This document shows, piece by piece, positions 13,957-25,224 of a DNA stretch of 64,000 nt. Each line of letters begins with the position of its first letter. Position 1 is the stretch's first letter. The position numbers were made by a program, and so were the translations under genes. This stretch comes from Octopus sinensis (Eukaryota): NCBI RefSeq assembly GCF_006345805.1, contig NC_043005.1:806001-870000 (forward strand), given 5' to 3'. Under the pieces are notes generated by a model. The model saw nothing but the letters and a program-made list of their open reading frames with translations, was not told where the DNA came from and searched no databases.

Positions 13957-14367
13957 TACTCTTTTACTCTTTTACTTGTTTCAGTCATTTGACTGCGGCC
14001 ATGCTGGAGCACCGCCTTTAGTCGAGCAAATCGACCCCGGGACTTATTCTTTGTAAGCCCAGTACTTATTCAATCGGTCTCTTTTGCCGAACCGCTAAGT
14101 GACGGGGACGTAAACACACCAGCATCGGTTGTCAAACAATGCTGGTGGGACAAACACAGATACACAAACATATACACACACACTTATATATATATACATA
14201 TATACGACAGGCTTCTTTCAGTTTCCGTCTACCAAATCCACTCACAAGGCATTGGTCGGCCCGGGGCTATAGCAGAAGACACTTGCCCAAGATGCCACGC
14301 AGTGGGACTGAACCCGGAACCATGTGGTTGGTTAGCAAGCTACTTACACACAGCCACTCCTGCGCCT
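13957..14367 (-). mobile_element. tRNA-headed, CORE-like SINE
   Basis: Minus strand begins ggcgcaggagtggctgtgtg with a B-box-like ggttcagtccc and a CORE-like cttgggcaagtgtctt; short tandem tail (aagagt)n. A related copy lies at 60985-61410. Confidence 0.8.
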
Positions 14368-14871
14368 ATATACTCAGGTATTTTTTCCCCTGAAATTTTC
14401 ACCTGAAGTTGGGGGTGCGACTTATAAGCGCCTCCTATAAAAAATCCTAAGATTTTTCCAGAAAGACTTCTGTTCTTCGCCCCGCCATTTTTTCCCAAAT
14501 TTGAACCATCCATAAAAGCCGACGTGTCTTAACATAACTTCATACACATTCATGTATGTCACCAGTGACGGTTGAATAATACATAAGATCTAGAGCTGTT
14601 AGAAATAGCAGCCAAATGCCCCTTACAATAATACCATTGTGTCTTAAATTCCTACATATTCTTTTGTTTTGGCATGGCTAAACAATTATTTGATACTAGA
14701 TGGAAAATTATATATAAAGTCTTTGAAGCATTGTATTTTGGGAATTATTATTTTGGCATTGCAGAGACAAGCTGTATCTTTTTTTCTGCTCCAATACCAT
14801 CATTACATAACTTTTTTTAAAAATAGATTAGAGAATATTAACTTCTTTATATTCTGGAGAATTTCTGAAGA

Positions 14872-16638
14872 AATCTATCCCTCCTTCCATCCATCCATCC
14901 ATCCATCTATCCATCCATCCATCCATCCATCCATTCATCTATCCATCCATCTATCCATCCATCCATCCATCAATCCACCCATCCATCCATCCATCCATCT
15001 ATCCATCCATCTATCCATCCATTAATCCATCCATCCATCCATCCATCCATCCATCCATCTATCCATCCATCCATCAATCTATCAATCCATCCATCCATCC
15101 ATCCATCAATGCATCCATCCGTCTATCCATCCATCCATCTATCCATCCATCCATCCATGCATCCATCCATGCATGCATGCATCCATCCATCCATCCATCT
15201 ATCCGTCCATCCATCCAAATCCATCCATCTATCCATCCATCCATTCATCCATCCATCCGTCCATCCATGCATCCATCCATACATCTATCCATCAATCCAT
15301 CCATCAATCCATCCATCCATCCATCCATCCATGCATCCATCCAACCAACCATCCATGCATCCATCCATCCATCCATCTATCCGTCCATCAATCCATCCAT
15401 CCATCCATCCATCCATCTATCCATCCATCCATCAATCTATCAATCCATCCATCCATCAATGCATCCATCTGTCTATCCATCCATCCATCTATCCATCAAT
15501 CCATCCATCCATGCATCCATCCATGCATGCATCCATCCATCCATCTATCCGTCCATCCATCCAAATCCATCCATCTATCCATCCATCCATGCATCCATCT
15601 ATCCATCCATCCATTCATCCATCCATCCGTCCATCCATGCATCCATCCATACATCTATCCATCAATCCATCGATCAATCCATCCATCCATCCATCAATCC
15701 ATGCATCCATCCATCCATCAATCCATCCATCCATCCATCTATCCATCCATCCAACCATCCATCCATCAATGCATCCATCCATCTATCCATCCATCCATCA
15801 AACCATACATCGATCCAACCATCTATCCATTCATCCATACATCCATCACTCAACCCATCCATCCATCAATCCACACATCCATCTAGCCATCCATCCATCC
15901 ATCCATCTATCCATCCATCCATCCATCAATCATCCATCAATCCATCCATCAATTCATCCATACATCTATCCATCCATCCATCCATCCATCCATCCATCCA
16001 TCAATCCACCTATCCATCTATCCATCCATTCATCCATCCATGCATGCATCCATCCATCCATCCATCCAACCATCCTTCCATCCATCCATCCCTCCATCCA
16101 TCCATCCATCCAAGCATCCATCCATCCAACCATCTATCTATCCATCCATCCATCTATACATCCATCCATCCATCCATGCATCCATCCATCTATCCATCCA
16201 TCCATCCATCCATGCATCAACCATCCATTAATTCATCAATCCATTTATCCATCCATCCATCCATTTATCCATCCATCTATCCATCCATCCATCCTTCAAT
16301 CTATCCATCCATCCATCCATCCATCTATCCATCCATCCATCTATCCACCCATGCATCCATCCATCCATTCATCCATCCATCCATCCATGCATACATCCAT
16401 TCATCCATCCATCTATCCATCCATATCCATCCTTCCATCCATACATCCATTCATGCATCCATGCATCTATCCATCCATCCATGCATCCATCCATCCATCC
16501 ATGCATTCATCCATCTATCCATCCATCCATGCATCCAACCATCCATCCATCCATTTATCCATCCATCCATCCATTTATCCATCCATCTATCCATCCATCA
16601 TTCAATCTATACATCCATCCATCTATCCATCCATCCAA
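14872..16638. repeat. ~1.8 kb degenerate (ATCC)n microsatellite with an internal higher-order duplication
   Basis: Visible ATCC/ATCT/ATGC units. The block atccgtccatccatccaaatcc...ccatacatctatccatcaatcc recurs at ~15200 and ~15548. Confidence 0.97.
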
Positions 16639-16639
16639 C

Positions 16640-17428
16640 AATTTCCGACTTGTGGGCTTATGTCGAACAACTGCTGTCACATGTGGGACGAGTCAGTTTA
16701 TCAGCTGAGTCTATCGTCAATATTGTCACGCCTCCTTCCTTCAAACGGGAAGGAAGAGCTATTTTCATCATCCTTGTGGCTATGGCGAAGGAATGTATCT
16801 GGTGGACGCGTCTGAAAGGATTGGAGACAAACACTTTCCTCTCTGGTCAATCTCTCATCAACTTCTTCAAGTACCACTTGAAAAGGAAAGTGAGAGTAGA
16901 GAGGCAAGTTTTGTCTAGCGAATGTTTCAAAAAAAGATGGGTGAATGTAGCAAGGATGGCACGTATGAATGACGAAGCCACCTTGAGCATGATCCTATGA
17001 ACCCAGAAATTGAAAACTGAGGGTTACCCACTTGCAAACAAATGTGGTAACATATAACAATATTGACCAAGGTTACCGTGGTCTTTTTCGTAGGCTTTTC
17101 TTCCCACGGATAAACCTTACTTGCTTTCCCCTTTACACCATATATCATAACACTGTGATACACGATCCCTATTGATCGTTTTTTTTTCCTCTCCCCTTTT
17201 TTTCCCCTTTTTTCTTCTTTTTTCATTTCTCCTTTCTTTTGTTCCTTTTCCTTTTATTTTTTTTTTTTTTGTTCTTTTCTTCTCTTTTACGATCCCTTTT
17301 GATCGAAAACCTACGCCATCCCTTTTTTTGTTTCTTTTGTTTTTTTGTTTTTTTCATCCCCGAAAAGAAAAGCTCTACCTTGTAACTTGTCCCATCTGTA
17401 TGCAGCCCTGTGTGACCAATAAAGAAAC
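16640..17428 (+). mobile_element. 5'-truncated L1/Tx1-clade LINE: ORF2 C-terminus and 3' UTR
   Basis: [12 protein letters not shown]...[13 protein letters not shown]...KVRVER...RW resembles the post-zinc-finger tail of L1/Tx1 ORF2. A T-rich UTR ends in aataaagaaac. ATCC repeats flank both sides. Confidence 0.7.
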
Positions 17429-17685
17429 CTATCCATCAATCCCTCCATCCATCCATCCCTCTATCAATCCATCTATCAATCCATTCATCAATCCATCCAT
17501 CCATCAATGCATCCATCCATCTACCATTCATCCATCTATCCATCCATCCATCCATCCATCCATCCATCCATCAATCGATCCAACCATGAATCCATCCATC
17601 CATCCATATATCCATCCACCCATCTATCTATCCAGCAATCCATCCATTCATCCATCCATCCATCCATGCATCCATGCATCCATCT
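17429..17685. repeat. (ATCC)n microsatellite continuing after the L1/Tx1 copy
   Basis: Directly visible. Confidence 0.95.
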
Positions 17686-18073
17686 ATAGTTCCGTATATC
17701 CTCGGTGATAAATTAATCCATTGTAAATTAAATTATATACATTTATAGTTTATTTTGACAAATAAACTAAGCTAAAATAAAATATTTCCAGGTTGAAGAG
17801 AAATTCCCGCTCTTGAAACAATACAAACAATAATCCCACAATGCTTTGCAAAAAGTCAGAGACCAATTTTCAGCCGCTATATTTCCCTTCTTCATTAAAT
17901 GCTAACGTTAACATACGCTTGACTATTGTTTGCCATGTGGATGTCGTCTCTCAGTAATTTCTCAATAAGTTTATTTGTTGGTAAGTTTACAGGAGGTTGA
18001 ATGATAGATATTCCTATGTGTATGTATGTATATATATATATAAATAAATAAAAACTCTGTGTGTGTGTGCTAA

Positions 18074-18104
<31 letters not shown>

Positions 18105-18105
18105 T

Positions 18106-18320
18106 GTTTCTTTATTAGCCACACAGGGCTGCACACAGACAGGACAAATTACAAGGTAGAGCTTTTCTTTTGGGGGTAAAAAAGGGGGTTTGGTTTTCGA
18201 TCAAAAGTGATCATAAAAGGAAAGAAAGAGGAAAAAAAAATAGATAGATAGATATGTTTCTTTATTAGCCACACGGCTGAACACAGAGGGGACAAATTAC
18301 AAAGTAGAGCTTTTCTTTTT
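18106..18320 (-). mobile_element. Two tandem short 3'-end copies of the same L1/Tx1 element within (ATCT)n
   Basis: Reverse complements read aaaagaaaagctctac(c/t)ttgtaatttgtcc...taataaagaaac|atatctatct, matching 17365-17428. Confidence 0.8.
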
Positions 18321-18779
18321 AGAGAGATAGATAGATAGAGACAGACAGGACAAGGTATTTTGGATTCATTCTGCCTAGCTACTTGCTTATACTGATGCAA
18401 AATAGGACTTCCTTTCAAGTGTGTGTATGTATGTATGCATGTGAAAATATGTTTGTGTGCATAAATTTGCTTATGCATGTAATATTGTTAAAGGCAGATA
18501 GATTAATTAGCATTTAACAAATGTCCAGTAGGTGTTTATCTACTTCTCTCTCTCTCCTCTCCCTTCTCTCTCCTACACATTCTCTCTCTCCCTCCCTCTC
18601 TCTCTCTTTCTCTCTACTTTTTCCTTTATCTTTCTACCTCCTTCCCTGTTCAGGTGCCATCTAAAGGTGTGCTAGAAATTCTCAAATATATGCCATATGT
18701 TCCTGTGGTTTACATTAAGCACAACTGCGAAACTGCATTCTATTAAAGAAAAGCCGAACCATAATACTAAGATAACAAC

Positions 18780-18960
18780 CAAGCAGCATTCTCTAGACTA
18801 GCTAGGAACAGCTGTGTGATAATCACATGATAAATTCATATGGGAGCACATGAATTGCCATCTGCCCTTTCTTAATGCTCTTATTGAAAGGTGTATTTCG
18901 TATGAAAGTACATACTTCTGTATAACTTCTAAACTTCATATGGTAACTGGAAGCCAACAT
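18780..18960 (+). mobile_element. Degraded Penelope-type RT fragment
   Basis: KFIWEHMNCHLPFLNALIER resembles the conserved KFTME.E.N..LPFLDVLI.R segment. Confidence 0.45.
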
Positions 18961-18999
18961 GGAAGCTTCTACATGTTCACGAAGGCTAATGAGAGAGCC

Positions 19000-19044
<45 letters not shown>

Positions 19045-19046
<2 letters not shown>

Positions 19047-19330
19047 AATCGTGGCCGAAGCCAGTGCCACCTCGACTGGCTTCCATGCCGGTGGCACGTA
19101 AAATGCACCAATCCGACCGTGGCCAATGCCAGCCTCACCTGGTACCAGTGCAGGTGGCACGTAAAAAGCACCCACTACACTCACGGAGTAGTTGGCATTA
19201 GGAAGGGCATCCAGCTGTAGAAACATTGCCAGATAAGAGCGGAGCCTGGTGCAGCCTTCTGGCTTCCCAGATCCCCGGTCGAACCGTCCAACCCATGCTA
19301 GCATGGAGAACGGACGTTAAACGATGATAT
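19045..19330 (+). mobile_element. RTE 3' UTR-only copy
   Basis: Hairpin units, the ggcattaggaagggcatccagc block and the cgttaaacgatgat tail. Confidence 0.85.
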
Positions 19331-19393
19331 ATATATATATGTATGTATGTATGTATGTCTGTCTGTCTATATGTCTGTATGTCTGTATGTATG

Positions 19394-19435
<42 letters not shown>

Positions 19436-19438
<3 letters not shown>

Positions 19439-19599
19439 GTGAGCTGGCAGAATCGTTAGCACGCCGGGTGAAATGCTTTGCGGTATTTCGTCTGCCACTG
19501 CATTCTGAGTTCAAATTCCGCCGAGGTCGACTTTGCCTTTCATCCTTTAGGGGTCGATAAATTAAGTACCAGTTATGCATTGGGGTCGATGTAATCGAC

Positions 19600-19603
<4 letters not shown>
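19436..19603 (+). mobile_element. tRNA-derived SINE (gagctggcagaatcgttagc family)
   Basis: A-box-like tggcagaatcgttagc and B-box-like gagttcaaattcc. Further copies at 42735-42962(-), 47045-47235, 54290-54495 and 57765-57990. Confidence 0.8.
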
Positions 19604-19637
<34 letters not shown>

Positions 19638-19929
19638 GCATGCATGTATGCATAGATATTAGTGTTTAAACATTGTGTTAAAGATCATTTTGGATAGAAA
19701 AAAGCAGAAATTGCTTGTTTTACAATCAAATAGTTTTCAGTTTAGTCCCACTGTGCAACACCTTCAGCAGTTGTCTTCTGCCTTAGCTTTTGGAAGTGAA
19801 TATGATAGAGAGAAACTCTACAGAAGTGTGTGTGTCCACACTTCCCTTGACAACTGGTACTAGTTGGTTTATGTTCTCTCTTTTATACTCATTTTCACCT
19901 TGGAAGAAATTAGCTGACATTGAATCTAG

Positions 19930-20658
19930 AAAGGAATTGGCTCTGCTAGACTTAAAATGCTTAAGACATGCCCACATAGACAACACAGCAGAAAGTGATA
20001 AGTGCAGAATCTGTGGACAAAATGGTCAAACTGTATGGCAAATTACCAGCTAATGTATGCCTCTAGCTCAGAAGGAATATAAGAAATGCCATGACAATAT
20101 AGCAGGGATTGTCCATTGGGCACTTTGCAACAACTATGGACTTAACAGAGCAAAAAATTGGTACGACCACCAGACCAAAGGCATCATCGAAAATGATAAT
20201 GCAAAGATCCTGTGGAATTTTATGATTCAGTGCGACAATGAGATAGAGAATAAGAAGCCAGACATAGTCTTAATTGAGAAAGAAAGCAAATGATGCTGGA
20301 TCATAGATACAGTGTGCCCAGCTGACAACAAGGTATGCAATAAGGAAGAAAGAAAAGTTGATAGATACGACAGGTTAGGTTAAGCATTTGTGGTCAATGA
20401 AAACAGTGGTAATAATACCAATAATTGTTGGAGCCCTGGGAGCAGTGAGTAAAAATCTGGAGACGTACATGGAACAAATAGGGGCTGCAATAAAGGTGGA
20501 GCACTTGCAGAAAAGAGCACTGCATGGAACCGCTCGAATATTCCGGAAGGTGCTCAAAAAATAAGAGGTGTTACCTTAGTTCACTGGTAGTGAACAGCTG
20601 ACACCGCAGTACATCTCCAGCATTAGATGCTGTGCAAAGGCAATAATAATAATAATAA
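19930..20658 (+). mobile_element. R4/Dong-type non-LTR retrotransposon 3' fragment (restriction-like endonuclease)
   Basis: CRICG...HDNIAGIVHW..C, ILWNFMIQCD...KPDIVLI, IPIIVGALG and LQKRALHGTARIFRKVL, followed by an (AAT)n tail. Confidence 0.85.
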
Positions 20659-20689
20659 CTATATCAAAATTTGATACTTATGAAAGTAT

Positions 20690-23600
20690 TTATTTGTCAT
20701 AATGAAAGAATGCAAAAGACTGACGTCCTGGAATAATTCCAAAAACCATAAAAGAATCCTCTGAAATATCAAAACCAAGAAGCTGGAAAACTTCATTATC
20801 ATCTTTCTTGAGGAGTAAATATTGTTGAATATCTTTCAGTGTCAGGGTTTCGATGTCTTCAGATGTTTGCTGTTCAATATGTCCAGGTATTTGGCAAATA
20901 TTGTTTTCTCTATCTGTTATATAAACACATTCACCAATTTTGGTTAGACGAGGTCCTTGAATGTCATATTCCTGAAGATAATTTATTCCTTCTACTCTTA
21001 TCCTCCTAATCAACATCTTTTCCCTGAACCATTCCACAAAAGACAAATTATCCAACCCTCCAACCTTGTTCTTCTTCCATTCCCCCCTCACAACAACAAT
21101 ATCACCAAAAGATGTGACTCCTACATCAACCACCACTTCTTCTCCCTCAAACCTTTCATATGTTCCCATCTTCCCATGACACACTTCATATTTACATATC
21201 CCATCTTTGACATCAACTTTATCGACATGATAATAAGAGTCTCTAATATAATGACTGCCTCACACAAGTTGATTGTTGTATTTATAAATCCTGTTGTAGT
21301 ATTTCTCAGTTTTGATGGTGTTTATAAACGACAGAGATCTCTGTTGAAGACTATCGTTTCTTTACCAAAGACAACTATGAAATGATCATCTGTCCACTGA
21401 CATATGTCCAAAGGTGGTTGTTGTGTATGTTGAAGTATGTCTCCTGTAGTTGTGCTGATTAATGTGACACTTTCTCTAAATATCAACACACTGACATTGT
21501 CATCTAACATAATTAGTTTACTATTCCAGTCCCTTCAGTCTCTGATATCATAATTTACAGGTTCGTTGAATGTAGGAATGGAAAGTGGGACCAGTCCTGT
21601 TCTATGTGGCAGTCTCCTCACTGATATTTCATCATATCCTAACATAGTGTCTGCTATGGAATTATCACATCTCACCTTTAGTCTTCCTTTACCAATTATT
21701 TTATCTGATTTACCTTTTCTTCTGCCTCCTTCTTTATCTCCGTCTCCTCCACTCTAATTCAATTTAGTCAATAGTTCCTTGTTCATCTGAGATGTAATGG
21801 AAGGGAAATGAAGATCAGAATCAAGATTTAATAGCGATATAGATTCCAGAATGTTCAGTTGGTCCCCATCAATCTCTATGCAATGACATTCAATCAATTC
21901 AGTATATACACACCATAAGGTACTTGACTTTGCCAAACTTTATATTTCTGCAAATATTTTTGATTCAGTTGAAATATTTCTTTTCTTTGAGGAACTGTGG
22001 CCATTATGTCTCTTTTAGGTGTAAAACACACACCACCAACTAAACTTGCAACATTTCGGTAACATAGTAACTTCCCAAATCTATTAAATATTTTAATATT
22101 TTCCTTATTGGCTTTTTCACACACCACTGTCTTTCCTTCATCAGAGATATCAATATCTTTTACTCAAACAGAGTATTCATCTGTTTGTAAACGAGAAACA
22201 GGAAAGCTTTCTCGATTGATCGTGAAATATCCTTCAACATACAATTCATTCTCTCTTTTCCCCTCCTTGTGGTTTCCCATAAACCTTGATCCCTTACAGT
22301 TTATACTGAGGAAATATACTTCATCTTTATACATTCTTCTATTTAGAAATATTCCCTTGTATTCCTCAGTCTGTGTCAAATGCACATTTTTTTACCCAAA
22401 CATACCAAAATCTTTATCCCACCCACCATGGATGTACAAATAGCTGTCATCTTGTCTTCACCAATATCATACTTCATGTAGTGTGTAATTGTATGTAAAT
22501 ATTGACCATCACTGTTGAAAAAAAATGATGAATCTTCCGTTGCAAACAATGATGACATCAGCATTAACTGTGATATTGTCGATGTCATTAATACAACTCC
22601 CATCTATGTCTCCCGTTAATAATTTTTCAGGTATGTCTATTTGTTTTATTTCATTCACAGTGAAATGTATTTCATCAATATTAATGAAATACCTGTGCTG
22701 GTGGCACGTAAAAAGCACCATCCGATCGTGGCTGATGCCAGCGCTGCCTTGACTGGCTTCTATGCCGGTGGCACGTAAAAAGCAACATCCGAACGTGGCT
22801 GCTGCCAGACTCCCCTGGCACGTAAAAAGCACCCACTACACTCACGGAGTGGTTGGCGTTAGGAAGGGCATCCAGCTGTAGAAACCCTGCCAGATCAGAC
22901 TGGAGCCTGGTGCAGCCTCCTGGCTTCCCAGACCCTGGTCGAACCGTCCAACCCATGCGAGCACGGAAAACGGATGTTAAACGATGATGATGATGATGAT
23001 GATGATGATGACAAACTACATTCATCTCTTAACTTGTTACAAACCATCTGATTGTTTGATAAAGAAGCAATACATTTATATTCATTTCTCGTCTGGTAAA
23101 GTGACACAGACAATGGGAAGTCTACTTTTAATGTTGGTATTTATTACCAGAATAATTCCCAGTCATAATAACCAGTGTGTTTGACTTCCATCAACACATT
23201 TTGATAAATTCATAAACATTCAGTTTGAGAGAATCCAAAAGTTGACCATCCAATGTGAATATCTTAATGCTTGCATTATCCTTGTCGCATCTCGCAATCA
23301 GGTTATTTTTAGTAATAACCAAACAGTCAATCTCCACTGGTTCTTCATCTCCCGAACATTGAGGGAGATGAATATGTCTCACTTTATCAGAAACTGTCAG
23401 ATCCTGTAGATATAATATAGAAGATAACATTTCACTGATACAAATCTTTCTTAAAAATATATCTACCAAGTCAAAGTGAATATTGAGTTGATTACTTGTA
23501 ATGAGATCATTAACCAACAAATTATGATCTTTTACAGCAAACATACAGCTGTTCTCTATCAGATAAAAAGGTAATTTATCAATAGATCCACCATGGAGAT

Positions 23601-25224
23601 GGTGAGGGGCGTTTCACTTGGGACAGTAAAACACTAGGGTCCATCTTAATACTACAAAGCCAAGGACCACCACCACGTATTGTAGTGTTGTACTGAAAAG
23701 CTTTACCCTTAATAATAACAATTAATAGCTTTAGTGTTTCCTTGTCTGTTGATAATGATTTTACTACAAAAGGGATATTAATTCTATGAGTTATTTCAAC
23801 TTGATTATAATTTTCTTTTATGGATAAAATATCTTACACACCTGTACATAAGGCTGGCTAAAGGATACACTTCTAATTGTCTATGATAGGTTTCCGATAA
23901 CCCTTAATTGTTTCACTAGGGGTAATGTGGCACCTATTTGATTAGAATCCCATCAACACATATCTGTAGCTGTAGATGGCAGAGATAATCTGGACACAAT
24001 GTCTCCTTCCTGAGAAATGTATAATAAGCAATCATGCTTGATGTCAAACACCACCAACTGTCCATTTGTCAGATGACATATTTCAGCAATGACAACTTTG
24101 TCGTTCTCTTTATCTTTGAGTCATAGATTTAGATTTCTGATATAAGGATTTTTCATTTGTAAACAACAGCCAGAGCAGTCATGATACTTGTAAAAAAGAA
24201 CCCTGTTCAGTTCAATATCCAGGACATAAACAGTTCCTTGGAAAATAGCAATGTGAGGGTGAACAGAGAAAGGTACTTTCCACTGCCATTTCATTTCTCC
24301 ATATAGATCATAACATATCACAGTTGATTGTCTCTTGAAGAGGACATAAAAATAAACATTATCAGAGTAGATGTGATGAGGGTACCCATAGAATGGAAGG
24401 TATTTTTCAAAAAGTTCTTCACTGAATGTTGAATAAAATACCAGTTGATTTTCCCTTCCATCTACGACTACAAAATTTATTGGAGTTGCAGCAATAGTGA
24501 CATTATAATGTCTCAGAGACATTCTTTTTATGATGTCAATTTTGTCCTCCTTGATCAATAGGATAAGTACCTTGGTTCTGTTTTTAATGGTGGTCAGAGC
24601 TAAACACTTATTTGATACAATGTGACATATTTTAACGTAATCAGTGTGGTCATTTATTAAAGGGCCTTTGCTTAGTTCAGGACAGGTGATATACTGAAGT
24701 CCTTTCATTTCATGATAAAGGACCAGAAATCTGCTTGAGTTTATTCTACAAAAAATAGAAGGTATCTCAAGGAAAGTTAAATTATTTTGGCTAATTATTT
24801 CTCCAGTATCAGCAAATAACATAGCTTTCTTATTTCTATAGACTAATAATATTGAAGATGTAGACACAGGTAGAATATTTGTAATGTTATAGCGATCCTC
24901 AATATAGATATGGTGTTTCAAACTGGGCGCATGTAGCTGGTGGTTATATGACAGCTTGGGCCAAAAGTTTTTATTTGTTCTAACGGCACTAGGTATGCCA
25001 AAGCAGTCTGTTACCAAAATGGTATCTTTACCAACAGAAATAGAGCGGCATTTCTCGCCAATGTCTCTCTTTGTCACACCACCTTTAGCTGAAATTCTAT
25101 AAATAATATGTCCTTGGAGGACATAGAAATAGCTTGGGTACAGTGAGATTTTACTAGGGATATCCAGCAAATAGGTTCCTACCTCCCATAACTGTTGGCC
25201 ATCCACATTATAACAAATTATTAT
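20690..25224 (-). pseudogene. Decayed single-exon host gene for tandem beta-propeller (NHL/TolB-like) modules, roughly 1400 codons
   Basis: Collinear ORF pieces (24121-25224, 23191-23544, 22376-22690, 21894-22385, 21322-21510, 20690-21184) with recurring blade motifs (IDCLVITKNNLIARCDKDNASIKIFTLDG; VKDIDISDEGKTVVCEKANKENIKIFNRFG; DMC*WDS, KMC*WKS, DICQWTD). Broken by in-frame stops, frameshifts and two RTE insertions; ends HYDK*. Confidence 0.7.
22690..23010 (+). mobile_element. RTE 3' UTR insertion inside the propeller pseudogene
   Basis: Family units and a (GAT)n tail interrupt the collinear minus-strand reading frame. Confidence 0.9.

Noticed and set aside
14375-14520. pogo/Tc2-like subterminal motif gggggtgcgacttata
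   Set aside because: No partner end or transposase is visible; too short to call.
15109-16815. 568-aa and 607-aa His/Pro/Ser/Ile-rich ORFs
   Set aside because: These are translations of the (ATCC)n microsatellite, which lacks stops. Only the last ~120 aa of the 607-aa ORF is real, and it is LINE-derived.
19436-19540. Possible tRNA genes at SINE heads
   Set aside because: Only A/B-box-like motifs are present; I could not fold a cloverleaf, and each continues into a SINE body.
20690-25224. Selenoprotein or readthrough reading of the TGA-rich propeller gene
   Set aside because: TAG/TAA stops, frameshifts and two RTE insertions also interrupt it; CpG decay is simpler.
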